DNA of 45,804 nt from NCBI GenBank assembly GCA_045632705.1, contig JAZQXE010000121.1, forward strand, positions 1-45,804, in the 5' to 3' direction. The stretch is from Eubacteriales bacterium (GTDB taxonomy: Bacteria > Bacillota > Clostridia > Oscillospirales > CAG-272). The stretch's first letter is position 1. Every line of letters begins with the position of its first letter. This document shows, in pieces, positions 37,528 to 45,804 of the stretch. Below the pieces are notes generated by a model. That model ran no database searches and had not been told where the DNA came from. It was given only the letters and a program-made list of their open reading frames with translations. The translations under genes were made by a program, and so were the position numbers.

Positions 37528-38490
37528 TCATAATAAGTGCATTTCTATCAACGCCTGCACCACGGCGGCAATAAGATCACCTATGACACCGATACCGAGC
37601 AACAGTACCATATACAAGAACATACTGCTTTTGCTTACCGAATTTTTCGCAACGTTGTAGTAGAAATTGAAATGTCCCTGCAAATTATGCTCTCTGTTTT
37701 GCTGCCATTGATAAGTGATCACGTCCTCGGTATGATAGTCCGAGGGCAGATACTCACGATAAAGCTCTTCCTCAAGACGTCGGATACGGTAGCATCCCGC
37801 GTCGTTGAGCTCGTAGCTCTCGTCTATTGAAAGCGTGACGACCGCTTTCTTTAATTTTTGACGGTGGAAAACGCCGATCCTCGTGATCTGCTCGGGCAAG
37901 AGTCTGGATTCGTTTATTCTGATGGAATAACCGTATTTTTCCGACACGACGGGAGTCGTGATAAGATCCCTCAATCTGTCTATGGCGTTTCCGACGTTGA
38001 CTCGCGGCTTGAATACGTCGTTGAGCGTCTTGTGCGGCATACGCCAGATAAAATACGCCTCGTCGTTATCAAGAAACTGCATAAGTCCCGTCAAGTCCAC
38101 GGAAATCAGCGTACCGCCGCTCAGGAGTTTAGTCTCGTATCCGAGCGTACTGATATGTACTACGTCCACAGTTTTGCCGTTGTAGGCGATCTCCGAGGTA
38201 TGCTCGTTTTTCTTATAGTCCACGATACACGCGGCACTGAACGTTGCCTGCAGTATCTTCGTATTATCAAAAAGCAAAGACAGGTCCTCTATCTCGTTCT
38301 CGAAAACGTCAAAAGGAACGTAGACATTGAGCGATCTGCTCGATCTCACTCCGCAGATACGGATCGCAAGATCAACGTAGCTTTTGCCCTTGGGGTTGAG
38401 CCAGTCGTTAATGTAAACGGTGCTCGTGTCATCGCCGTCTACCCATATCGCCCAGCCGTCGTCAGCAAACTTTTTTTGTTTTTTTGACAT
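37528..38490 (-). CDS. Hypothetical protein with C-terminal TM anchor
   Basis: 320-aa ORF with AGGAG RBS, co-oriented with neighbours; single hydrophobic helix at the C-terminus; no family recognised. Confidence 0.7.
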   Translation of the reverse strand: MSKKQKKFADDGWAIWVDGDDTSTVYINDWLNPKGKSYVDLAIRICGVRSSRSLNVYVPFDVFENEIEDLSLLFDNTKILQATFSAACIVDYKKNEHTSEIAYNGKTVDVVHISTLGYETKLLSGGTLISVDLTGLMQFLDNDEAYFIWRMPHKTLNDVFKPRVNVGNAIDRLRDLITTPVVSEKYGYSIRINESRLLPEQITRIGVFHRQKLKKAVVTLSIDESYELNDAGCYRIRRLEEELYREYLPSDYHTEDVITYQWQQNREHNLQGHFNFYYNVAKNSVSKSSMFLYMVLLLGIGVIGDLIAAVVQALIEMHLL

Positions 38491-38536
38491 TTTTACCGAC
38501 TCCTTTTCTTTTAAACATTCATAGTAGGATCGATCG

Positions 38537-39214
38537 TTATTCGGGCTTTTTTCTTCCTAATTTGTCAAGTCCGAAGAACAAAAATCCGACTAAGATAAAC
38601 GCAACGGAAAGAATACCTATCCACATAAGAACGCCGAGATTTCCCTGCGTATCAAGATTTACAAAAAAGTAAGGATAGATAAGGGGCGTAGTCGTTGTGG
38701 GTATCAGTATCGATGAATCGAACTTTAATACTATCGCCTGAATGAGAAGGAAAATCACATAACAAAGCGGAAAAGCTGCGGAAGCGATAGGATAATACCA
38801 TTTGCACTTCTTACGCTCGTAGAATAAAAACCAATCAGCTATGTACATAACGGGAAGTACGACGTGGAAAAGGAGGCTTCCCACTCTCCAGTTTGCCTGG
38901 GGATCGCGGCCTTCTGCTCCGGCAAGCATAATGTTAAATACGAGGAAGGTCAAAAGGATACCGAGCATACCTATAAACTTGATGACAGGTGCTGCCGCGA
39001 CGTAGCCGTCTTCCTTCTTTTTTGCGGTCTGTATAAGTGCCGTCAGCATAACGCCGATGCAAAGGAAATTACTGATATTAGTAAAATGAACGTAGAAATC
39101 CCATCTGATCTGCTCGATATTATCGAATATTCCGAGACTTGCAAAGCAACCGATAAGTCCGAGAGTAACGTAGACGGTCTGGTAGATCAATTGTGCGGTT
39201 CTGTTTTTTATCAT
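38537..39214 (-). CDS. Pr6Pr-family (FAR-17a/AIG1-like) membrane protein
   Basis: About 6 TM; HFTNISN, LFHVVLP...DW, YPYFF. Confidence 0.75.
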   Translation of the reverse strand: MIKNRTAQLIYQTVYVTLGLIGCFASLGIFDNIEQIRWDFYVHFTNISNFLCIGVMLTALIQTAKKKEDGYVAAAPVIKFIGMLGILLTFLVFNIMLAGAEGRDPQANWRVGSLLFHVVLPVMYIADWFLFYERKKCKWYYPIASAAFPLCYVIFLLIQAIVLKFDSSILIPTTTTPLIYPYFFVNLDTQGNLGVLMWIGILSVAFILVGFLFFGLDKLGRKKPE

Positions 39215-39264
39215 AGTGGTTCTCCTTAAAAAAGTTTGATCGGATCAGGTCTTTCAATCGTGTT

Positions 39265-40254
39265 TTATCTGATCGTCTTATTTTGAATTTGATGCAGCTT
39301 GTATTGCCGTTTTACGATTTGAGAATCCGACTTGTAAAACGGAGACGGGCCTTGAAATTCCGTATCTCCTACGGTCATATCTGCCCGAATTGCAGAATCG
39401 TAAACGGATCTGCCGAGAAACGGGATCTTTATCTTTGCCAAAGGCGTGAGGAATCTCGCGTGGTATTCCACCTCCGCCGCAAATGAATAAAACGAAGTGT
39501 TCGCCGTATGAGTGGCAAGTATCGCCAAGCATTCGTATTCGCTCGGCTCATCCTTGTTCTTGATATATATCTTTTCGTGGTCGCAGACCGTGCCACCCGC
39601 CTTCTCGTTCAGCGATTCGATAAACTTCGGCAGTCTTGCAGAGCTTGTGGATCTTTTTCCGGAGAGACTCTGCCGCACGATCTCTTTATAAAGCGTCGGC
39701 ACCCTCAGGCATCCGTCTACGGCGTATCGTGCGATAGTCCTGACATACGTATCAGCCACAAGGTATGCGCCCTCGGAGCGCGGATCTTTAAAATATTTTT
39801 TAAGAGCTTTATGGTGACGCTGCGCTCTGTACGCTACGACGCGGTTTATTTCGATATTCAGCTTTTTTCTGTTTTCGTCGCCGGGATCATTGAGGCAATT
39901 TATCAACAGTTGAATATCAAATGAAACGAAGGATACGGTAACGCCGGGTGTGTCTGCGTCTGCCGCAGAGTACCGCTGGGCGTCGTGTTCCTGCTCTCTT
40001 AGTTTAAAGAGGCTATAAGCATAGTCTTTGCCGTCTTCTACGGCGTAAAGAAACCAGTCGTCAAAGAACAAGTCGCAGCACAGTTTCTGTCCGTCAGTAT
40101 CGGGGACTTGAAAAATTTCTTTTGTCGAAAGAATGTCTGACACGGATCGAGCAACCATGAAAAATCCGTCTGAAGTTTCTTTGATATCCTGTTTTTCAAC
40201 GCTCATTTCGGATAGTAAAAAAGCGAAAGCCCGAGGCATATTTTTACCCGTCAT
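39265..40254 (-). CDS. Hypothetical cytoplasmic protein
   Basis: 329-aa ORF with AGGAGGT RBS; no family recognised. Confidence 0.7.
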   Translation of the reverse strand: MTGKNMPRAFAFLLSEMSVEKQDIKETSDGFFMVARSVSDILSTKEIFQVPDTDGQKLCCDLFFDDWFLYAVEDGKDYAYSLFKLREQEHDAQRYSAADADTPGVTVSFVSFDIQLLINCLNDPGDENRKKLNIEINRVVAYRAQRHHKALKKYFKDPRSEGAYLVADTYVRTIARYAVDGCLRVPTLYKEIVRQSLSGKRSTSSARLPKFIESLNEKAGGTVCDHEKIYIKNKDEPSEYECLAILATHTANTSFYSFAAEVEYHARFLTPLAKIKIPFLGRSVYDSAIRADMTVGDTEFQGPSPFYKSDSQIVKRQYKLHQIQNKTIR

Positions 40255-40302
40255 CTCTACCTCCTAAACGTCAAAGCACAATAGACCTATCTTAATTTAA
40301 TA

Positions 40303-40339
40303 ATTATACTATCAAGGGTGTGACAAACCTCTTACAAAC
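40303..40339 (-). promoter_or_regulatory. Promoter with TATAAT and an 11-bp-spaced direct repeat over the -35 region
   Basis: Minus strand GTTTGT-aagag-GTTTGT (40339-40323), then TATAAT (40308-40303); no consensus -35 at 17-nt spacing. Confidence 0.5.
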
Positions 40340-40344
40340 AAAAG

Positions 40345-40403
40345 AAAAAAAGCCGCATATCTCTCGACTTTTTTAATAAAGTCTTGTGATATGCAGCTTT
40401 TTT
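40345..40403 (-). terminator. Probable terminator after the response regulator
   Basis: Imperfect long hairpin aaaaaaagccgcatatc...gatatgcagcttttttt. Confidence 0.65.
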
Positions 40404-41188
40404 TACTCGTTGTTTTGTCTTTTCTCCCACAGCAATCCGCAGGTTTCTTCCGCCCAGCTGTACTGAGACATATACTCACCGATAAACTCGGGCTTTCCGC
40501 TTCTCAAGTAGCTGTAATAATCGCAATCGATCTTTTCGGTATTTACAGAATAGAGATAATTGTTTCGCTCAAATATTTCATCCATTCCGATGGCGTCAAG
40601 GGTTTGACGCAGATCGCGGAAGAGTTGATGGATATAGTTTTGATTTTTCTGTTCTTCGTAGTTTTCCCAGAGAGCAACGCCAATTTCTCCAACCGTAACG
40701 CCGGCACCCTTTCGGTCGATCAAAAAAGCAAACAGCTCTTTTGTTTTTGAACGCTTGAAGGTGAGCTTTTCGCCCTTTGCGTAAACTTCAAAGTTGCCAA
40801 AGCATTTTACCGTCAGAGGCTTTTCCCTTTGGCGAATTCCTTTTATATTGTCGATCTCCGCTTGAACGTCCTCGGCGGAAATGGGCTTCATTAAATAACC
40901 CGATGCATGAAGCTTGAAGGCGGAAATGGCGTATTCCTCGTATCCTGTACAAAAAACGATCTTGCAATCCGGACACTCGGAAACTATCTTTTCGGCAAGC
41001 GCAAGTCCACCCATTCCGCGCATATTGATGTCCAAAAACGCAACGTCAACGGGGTTGTCCCTTACGTATCCGAGCGCTTCCTCGCATCCCGAGAACTTGG
41101 CAACCTCTGTTATATCGGGAGACGCTTTTATTGCCGTTACCAAAGCGCCGAGCATCAATGCTTCGTCGTCGACCGCTATCGCAATCAT
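40403..41188 (-). CDS. Response regulator (REC + SARP-like winged-helix output)
   Basis: VDDE, FLDINM, CTGY, YLMKP; VKCFGNFEV, KELFAFL, IGVALWE output domain. Confidence 0.9.
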   Translation of the reverse strand: MIAIAVDDEALMLGALVTAIKASPDITEVAKFSGCEEALGYVRDNPVDVAFLDINMRGMGGLALAEKIVSECPDCKIVFCTGYEEYAISAFKLHASGYLMKPISAEDVQAEIDNIKGIRQREKPLTVKCFGNFEVYAKGEKLTFKRSKTKELFAFLIDRKGAGVTVGEIGVALWENYEEQKNQNYIHQLFRDLRQTLDAIGMDEIFERNNYLYSVNTEKIDCDYYSYLRSGKPEFIGEYMSQYSWAEETCGLLWEKRQNNE

Positions 41189-43035
41189 TTGTTATCCTCC
41201 TTTGGTATGCTGATAAGAACCTTCGTGCCAACGCCAACGGTGCTTTCAATATCAAGCTTGCCGTTTACCATTGCCTTTAATCTTCCGCGAATATTGCGGA
41301 TCCCTACGTGATTTCTCTCATCCAGCAATACGCTCGTATCAAATCCGGCACCGTCGTCTACCACAGAAACGCAGTAATGCGTATCCGTCTCGTATGATAC
41401 GACGCGGATAGTGCCGCCCATCGGCAGTTTCATCAGTCCGTGCTTTATCGCGTTTTCGACGATTGGCTGAATGGTAAGCGCAGGAATATGGAAATCGTCT
41501 GAATTCATCTCAAACGAGAAGGTCATATCGGGGAAACGAACGTTTTCAATGCTGATGTAATGATGTACGTGCTCCATTTCCTTTGACATCAGTATCGGCT
41601 TTGGATTATCAAGCTCTCCGAAGTTTCCGCGAAGATACTTTGCAAAGTTATGCACAAGCTCCCCTGCTTTTGGCGGATCTATCAAGCATAGTTGCTCAAT
41701 ACTGCCGAGCGTATTATAAATAAAGTGAGGGCGTATCTGACTCATCATGGTAGAAACTCGGCTTTCGGTAAGCTGCGCGTTTAATACGAGCTTTTCGGTT
41801 TCGAGATCCTTTGCCTTGGCAAGCGCGTTGATGCTCTGAGGTATTATCTTCAATACCGTTACCATAGCGACAGCAAAGAAAACGATAAAGACGTAAATGG
41901 ACACGACTCCTCCCTTCCAAACTCCGAAATAGTTCATAACAACGTCAAAAGCGAAGGAAACGAGGGGGAAAACGAAGCCTAAATACAGCCAACGTTCCTT
42001 TATTTTCGAATCAAAGAATTCTTTTACCAGGCACGCGAGCAAAATGCAATTTGAGATCGCTTGCAGAATGATCCAATACGTCAACGTATCGTAAAACAAC
42101 GTCTGAGTAAACATTGGGAGAATGAAAAATACTGCGTTAAAAAAGCCCAGGACGGTTACCGTGACAAAACCGATCTTTTTCATTCGTCCGAGAAAATGAA
42201 CGATCGACATCGAAAGAAACAGCATATAAAACATCATCGAGAAACACAATATCGTAGTGTTGGTTACGACGGATTCGCTCCAAAAGGAAACGCCATCGGA
42301 GCTGTATGAAAGATAAGTTCCCGCAAAAAAGATGATGGTTCCGAGCATCCATATGATCTTTGCATTTTTTATATGAATAAGAGTCGAAAACAAAGCGGTG
42401 CCCAAAAACACGAGGGAAACTATAATGAACAAAAGCCCGACGTCTCGCTGCGAGTCGCCTACAGCAAGGGCGCCTTTTTCAAAATCAATACCAGTCCAAA
42501 AAGCTACACCGGAGAGCATCTCGTCTATCGCGGTATCGTTTCCGAAAGCGTGGGGATTGTGGACGAGTATGCGGATCGGCTCTTCCTCGCTGCACTCAAA
42601 GGAGTGGGCGTACCAGCTCTCACCGCAAGCGGAATCACCGTAAAGAGGATTTTCCATATCAATTACGTATGGGTCATTTGACGCTTCATAAAAGGTCAGA
42701 TTGATGTGATCGAGAAAAAAAGCCAACGGCATATCTCCGTCGTACAGACCAACGTACTCGCCGTCGGGTGCCATTATGTGGAAATTCCCCTTCAGCATAA
42801 CGTCGCCCCTTGTCGAGGAGATGTGTTTGCCGGCCTCATATTTCTGCCACTCACCGTCGGCTGTGCGATATTCTCCTTCAAAATACACTTGTGCAACGAT
42901 AGCATTTATCGCTTGTCTGCTATTTGCATTACCATACCATAACAGTGCCACCGCAAAAAAAATCAGAGCCAGTATCGCTAATATGATCAGAGTTGATTTA
43001 TTTATAAACCAAAATTTGTTTTTTTTATCATCCAT
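41185..43035 (-). CDS. LytS/YehU-type sensor histidine kinase with extracellular domain and about 7 further TM helices
   Basis: SQIRPHFIYNTL H-box, QPIVENAIKHG, DDGAGF, GIRN, GTKV; 4-nt overlap with the regulator. Confidence 0.9.
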   Translation of the reverse strand: MDDKKNKFWFINKSTLIILAILALIFFAVALLWYGNANSRQAINAIVAQVYFEGEYRTADGEWQKYEAGKHISSTRGDVMLKGNFHIMAPDGEYVGLYDGDMPLAFFLDHINLTFYEASNDPYVIDMENPLYGDSACGESWYAHSFECSEEEPIRILVHNPHAFGNDTAIDEMLSGVAFWTGIDFEKGALAVGDSQRDVGLLFIIVSLVFLGTALFSTLIHIKNAKIIWMLGTIIFFAGTYLSYSSDGVSFWSESVVTNTTILCFSMMFYMLFLSMSIVHFLGRMKKIGFVTVTVLGFFNAVFFILPMFTQTLFYDTLTYWIILQAISNCILLACLVKEFFDSKIKERWLYLGFVFPLVSFAFDVVMNYFGVWKGGVVSIYVFIVFFAVAMVTVLKIIPQSINALAKAKDLETEKLVLNAQLTESRVSTMMSQIRPHFIYNTLGSIEQLCLIDPPKAGELVHNFAKYLRGNFGELDNPKPILMSKEMEHVHHYISIENVRFPDMTFSFEMNSDDFHIPALTIQPIVENAIKHGLMKLPMGGTIRVVSYETDTHYCVSVVDDGAGFDTSVLLDERNHVGIRNIRGRLKAMVNGKLDIESTVGVGTKVLISIPKEDNK

Positions 43036-43099
43036 CGTTGTTCTCCACGTTCAAAACTAAGTACATTACCTAAAACGCTTTAATATTAATTGATTTGTT

Positions 43100-43129
43100 A
43101 TTATAACATAAAAAAAACGCTTGTGTCAA
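43100..43129 (-). promoter_or_regulatory. SigmaA promoter of the two-component pair
   Basis: TTGACA-18 nt-TATAAT with extended -10 TG. Confidence 0.75.
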
Positions 43130-43168
43130 ATTGATTTAAAAAAATATAAAAATTGCTTTCTGTAAAGA

Positions 43169-43200
43169 AAAAAATCCAAGTCAGGAGACTTGGATTTTTT
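43169..43200 (-). terminator. Intrinsic terminator after the SDR gene
   Basis: aaaaaatccaagtc-agga-gacttggatttttt. Confidence 0.85.
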
Positions 43201-43232
43201 GATCGTAAAATATGAAATGAGTTTGCGAAAAC

Positions 43233-44033
43233 TTACGGATAGAGGCCCATACCGCCCTCAAGGGTAAGGGTTTCACCGTTCATATACTTAAAGTCAGGAG
43301 AAGCAAGCTGAACGCAAACACGTCCGATCTCCGTCTCGGAATCGCCGAAATGTCCTGCGGGAGGCATCTTGACGTTTGCTTTGAATGCTTCGGGGTACGC
43401 TTTTTCAAAGTTTTCAAGCTGTGCAGTCCAAGCAAGAGGACAGATAACGTTTGTATTTATGCCATCTCTTGCCCATTCGGTAGCGGCAACTCTCGAAAGT
43501 CCGCGAATACCCTCTTTTGCAGCGGCATAAGAGCACTGACCGTAATTTCCAAAAAGTCCTGCACCTGAAGCGAAATTGATGATAGAGCCTTGAGTTTCCT
43601 TAAGATAAGGATAGCAAGCCTTCATATAATAGAACGTAGCGTAGAGTCCTGAATAGATAGCCAGATCAAACTGCTCGGTGGTGTGCTCCTGGATAGTAAC
43701 GCCGGAAGCGGAAGCCTGTGCGTTGTTGATAAGAACGTCAATTCTTCCAAATTCAGCTACAGCAGCATCAACGACCGATTTTGCGATCGCTTCGTTGTCG
43801 GAGCCTGCGGCAATATCAGCAGAAAAGATCAAAACTTTGATGCCGTAAAGCTTCTCGAGCTCTTCCTTTGCCTTTTCAAGCTTTGCAACGTTTCTTCCTG
43901 TGATTACGAGATTTGCACCCTCCTTGGCATAGGCAGTAGCGATTCCATAACCAATAGAACCACATCTTCCATCAGACAAAGCTGCAAAACCTGCTCCGGT
44001 AATAATGGCGGTCTTACCTGTTAAAAAACCCAT
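43233..44033 (-). CDS. Short-chain dehydrogenase/reductase, probable 12alpha-hydroxysteroid dehydrogenase
   Basis: SDR motifs NNA, YAAAK; Gly loop with an insertion (TGAG...GSIGYGIA) as recalled for clostridial 12alpha-HSDHs. SDR call is firm, substrate is not. Confidence 0.7.
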   Translation of the reverse strand: MGFLTGKTAIITGAGFAALSDGRCGSIGYGIATAYAKEGANLVITGRNVAKLEKAKEELEKLYGIKVLIFSADIAAGSDNEAIAKSVVDAAVAEFGRIDVLINNAQASASGVTIQEHTTEQFDLAIYSGLYATFYYMKACYPYLKETQGSIINFASGAGLFGNYGQCSYAAAKEGIRGLSRVAATEWARDGINTNVICPLAWTAQLENFEKAYPEAFKANVKMPPAGHFGDSETEIGRVCVQLASPDFKYMNGETLTLEGGMGLYP

Positions 44034-44143
44034 TGTAATTCTCCTCTTAAAAATGATAAAATCTGTAGAATAAGATCAAATACAAAAAATGATGCTTACA
44101 TTCAAAATTCAATATAAATGATAGCATTACATTCTTTGTCAAA

Positions 44144-44171
44144 ATTATAACACAAAATAGAAATTTGTCAA
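44144..44171 (-). promoter_or_regulatory. SigmaA promoter of the SDR gene
   Basis: TTGACA-16 nt-TATAAT with extended -10 TG. Confidence 0.7.
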
Positions 44172-44290
44172 GAATTAGCACTTAATGAGGATTATCAAGT
44201 GGGTATTTATTGTTATTTTAAGTAAAACATTCGGAGCTGAGCCGAATATAAAACAATTCAATCCAAGCATTGTGAAATAGTACTCTGATT

Positions 44291-44437
44291 TTGCGGCTTA
44301 CCGCAACTTCGTTCATTTGTGCCGCCTCATGAGGAATGATGTTCTCGCTGCGCTCAAAATGATGTTGACCTTCGGTCAAATGATGTTGTGTCCTGCGGAC
44401 ACAAATGAAAAACCTCGTTACAAAGAACGAGGTTTTT
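44291..44437. repeat. REP-like array of short hairpins linked by AATGATGTT
   Basis: AATGATGTT at 44335, 44358, 44379; palindromes ttgcgg/ccgcaa, cctcatgagg, ttgacc/ggtcaa, ttgtgtcc/ggacacaa, aaaaacctcgtt/aacgaggttttt. Confidence 0.75.
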
Positions 44438-44473
44438 GGGCTCGTAGTACAAAAATGCAACACTGTAATTGAA

Positions 44474-45544
44474 TCACATAATTGCTACAGAAGTTAACTT
44501 CTTAATTATTTTCATCATACGGGGATCATTTTGAAATTGTGCAAATTGATTTTTTCTCATGGATTTCAAAAGTAGTCCGGATTGATTTTCGGTATGATCC
44601 TTGACGGCATCAATAGAAGATGATTTTACTTTATTGACCATAAATGAGGTATACATTCCGTCAATTAGAGTATCAAATTTAATCGCATGATCAACAGCAT
44701 CTTCAAGGCAATCAAACATATTCTCTTCATCTCCCAGTTTCAAATAGTTATGCGCCATTTTTTCATAAAACTCCGAAAAACGCACATGATAAAAGCCACA
44801 ATTACCGTCGGGATAAAGTAATCTATAACAATCAATTACAAATTGACATATCTTTATTTTCTCCTCAGGCGTAAACTTTCCCTTCCACATAATAATATTG
44901 GAATTCTGACCTATCATTTCAACAAGGCTTTGAATATTCATTTGGCAATATTCAACTGCATCGTCACCTTCTAAAAAGCGAGGCATCATTTCATTAACCG
45001 TAACTGAATAAAATCCCGCCATTTTAGCATACTTTTTAGCTGATTCAGCATCACCTTTGGCATAATAATAGGTGAAGCTCAAAGATTGAATAGCACCTCC
45101 TCGCAAGGAATTATCGGTAGATTCCGCTAAAATCCTCTCTCCATATTCAATAATTTCATCTGCATTTTCTTTTCTGTTTTCAGCTTGAAGCGCATACATC
45201 AATTCATGTACTACTGACAAATCATTTGGAAATTCCTTTTTAGCTTCACGCCATAATGAAACTCTTTCGCTATTTTTCCCCGCACGGAACAACTCTGCAT
45301 TTTTGTCTCTATACTCACGAAGTTTCTTCTCTTTTTCAATTTTTCCAACACCAAGAAGATCATCTACACTAACGTTATAATATGATGCGATAGCAGGTAA
45401 AAACGTAATATCGGGATATCCTTCATTGCGTTCCCATTTTGATACAGCTTGAACGGTAATACCAAGATGCTCTGCTAGTTCCTCCTGTGTATTACCTTTT
45501 TCTTTACGCAGTTTTCTTAATTGTTCGCTCAAAAATATGCTCAT
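44474..45544 (-). CDS. XRE-family HTH regulator with helical (TPR-like) C-terminal region
   Basis: [27 protein letters not shown]...YPDI...SVDDLLG; GGAGG RBS before ATG 45544; markedly AT-rich. Confidence 0.88.
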   Translation of the reverse strand: MSIFLSEQLRKLRKEKGNTQEELAEHLGITVQAVSKWERNEGYPDITFLPAIASYYNVSVDDLLGVGKIEKEKKLREYRDKNAELFRAGKNSERVSLWREAKKEFPNDLSVVHELMYALQAENRKENADEIIEYGERILAESTDNSLRGGAIQSLSFTYYYAKGDAESAKKYAKMAGFYSVTVNEMMPRFLEGDDAVEYCQMNIQSLVEMIGQNSNIIMWKGKFTPEEKIKICQFVIDCYRLLYPDGNCGFYHVRFSEFYEKMAHNYLKLGDEENMFDCLEDAVDHAIKFDTLIDGMYTSFMVNKVKSSSIDAVKDHTENQSGLLLKSMRKNQFAQFQNDPRMMKIIKKLTSVAIM

Positions 45545-45804
45545 AGTATCCTCCATAAAAAAGTAACAAGCGCTTGTTCTGGATATATTATAGCAAAGGA
45601 CAAATAATATTACAATAACCGCATTGTTTAGTTATGGATGTATTATTAAACGATTGGTTTAGTATTGCGCACAAGAAATGTCGCAGGTTCAAGTATATAA
45701 AAAGTGTAATGGTAAAAGATTAATGTTTTTTACCCCTAAAACACGAAAAGCCCCCGAAATCAAAGACTTTGAGCTTTTAGTGATGTTTTGGCTACGCCAA
45801 AGTG

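Noticed and set aside
44335-44409. Mini CRISPR array that could explain the CARF nuclease
   Set aside because: The repeat is only 9 nt, the intervening pieces are 12-16 nt and mostly palindromic, and there are no cas genes.
44218-44463. 81-aa minus-strand ORF
   Set aside because: A translation of the hairpin array with no protein-like features.
45746-45804. Imperfect hairpin at the right edge as a mobile-element end or att site
   Set aside because: Weak stem, no partner copy or recombinase in the window; cannot be judged at the boundary.

Overview
Gene-dense chromosomal window, most likely from an anaerobic gut- or rumen-type Clostridia genome (inferred from gene content, sigmaA-type promoters and GGAGG RBSs). 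From left to right it holds: an AT-rich edge (partial four-helix-bundle gene, lipoprotein); a stand-alone CARF + PD-(D/E)xK nuclease gene (DUF1887/Card1-like) with no CRISPR array or cas gene in the window; an ECF sigma/anti-sigma pair; a PHP-PHP-HAD-SGNH run; a metal/oxidative-stress block (tspO, zupT, dfx, ldhA, feoAB); two glycoside hydrolases; and a C26/M20 hydrolase pair. The best candidate for an undescribed system is a tightly packed 14-gene minus-strand run (40254 to 22019). It joins a sigma-less partner-switching module (sensor-PP2C-RsbW fusion with an internal ribosome-binding site, STAS, STAS-phosphotransferase) to a sortase pilus locus containing two apparent pseudo-enzymes. It is preceded by a LytS-type two-component pair and a direct-repeat promoter. 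The right end has a probable 12alpha-HSDH-like SDR, a nested hairpin array and an AT-rich XRE regulator. No rRNA, tRNA, CRISPR array or transposase was recognised. All family assignments come from motif recognition by eye, not from searches.
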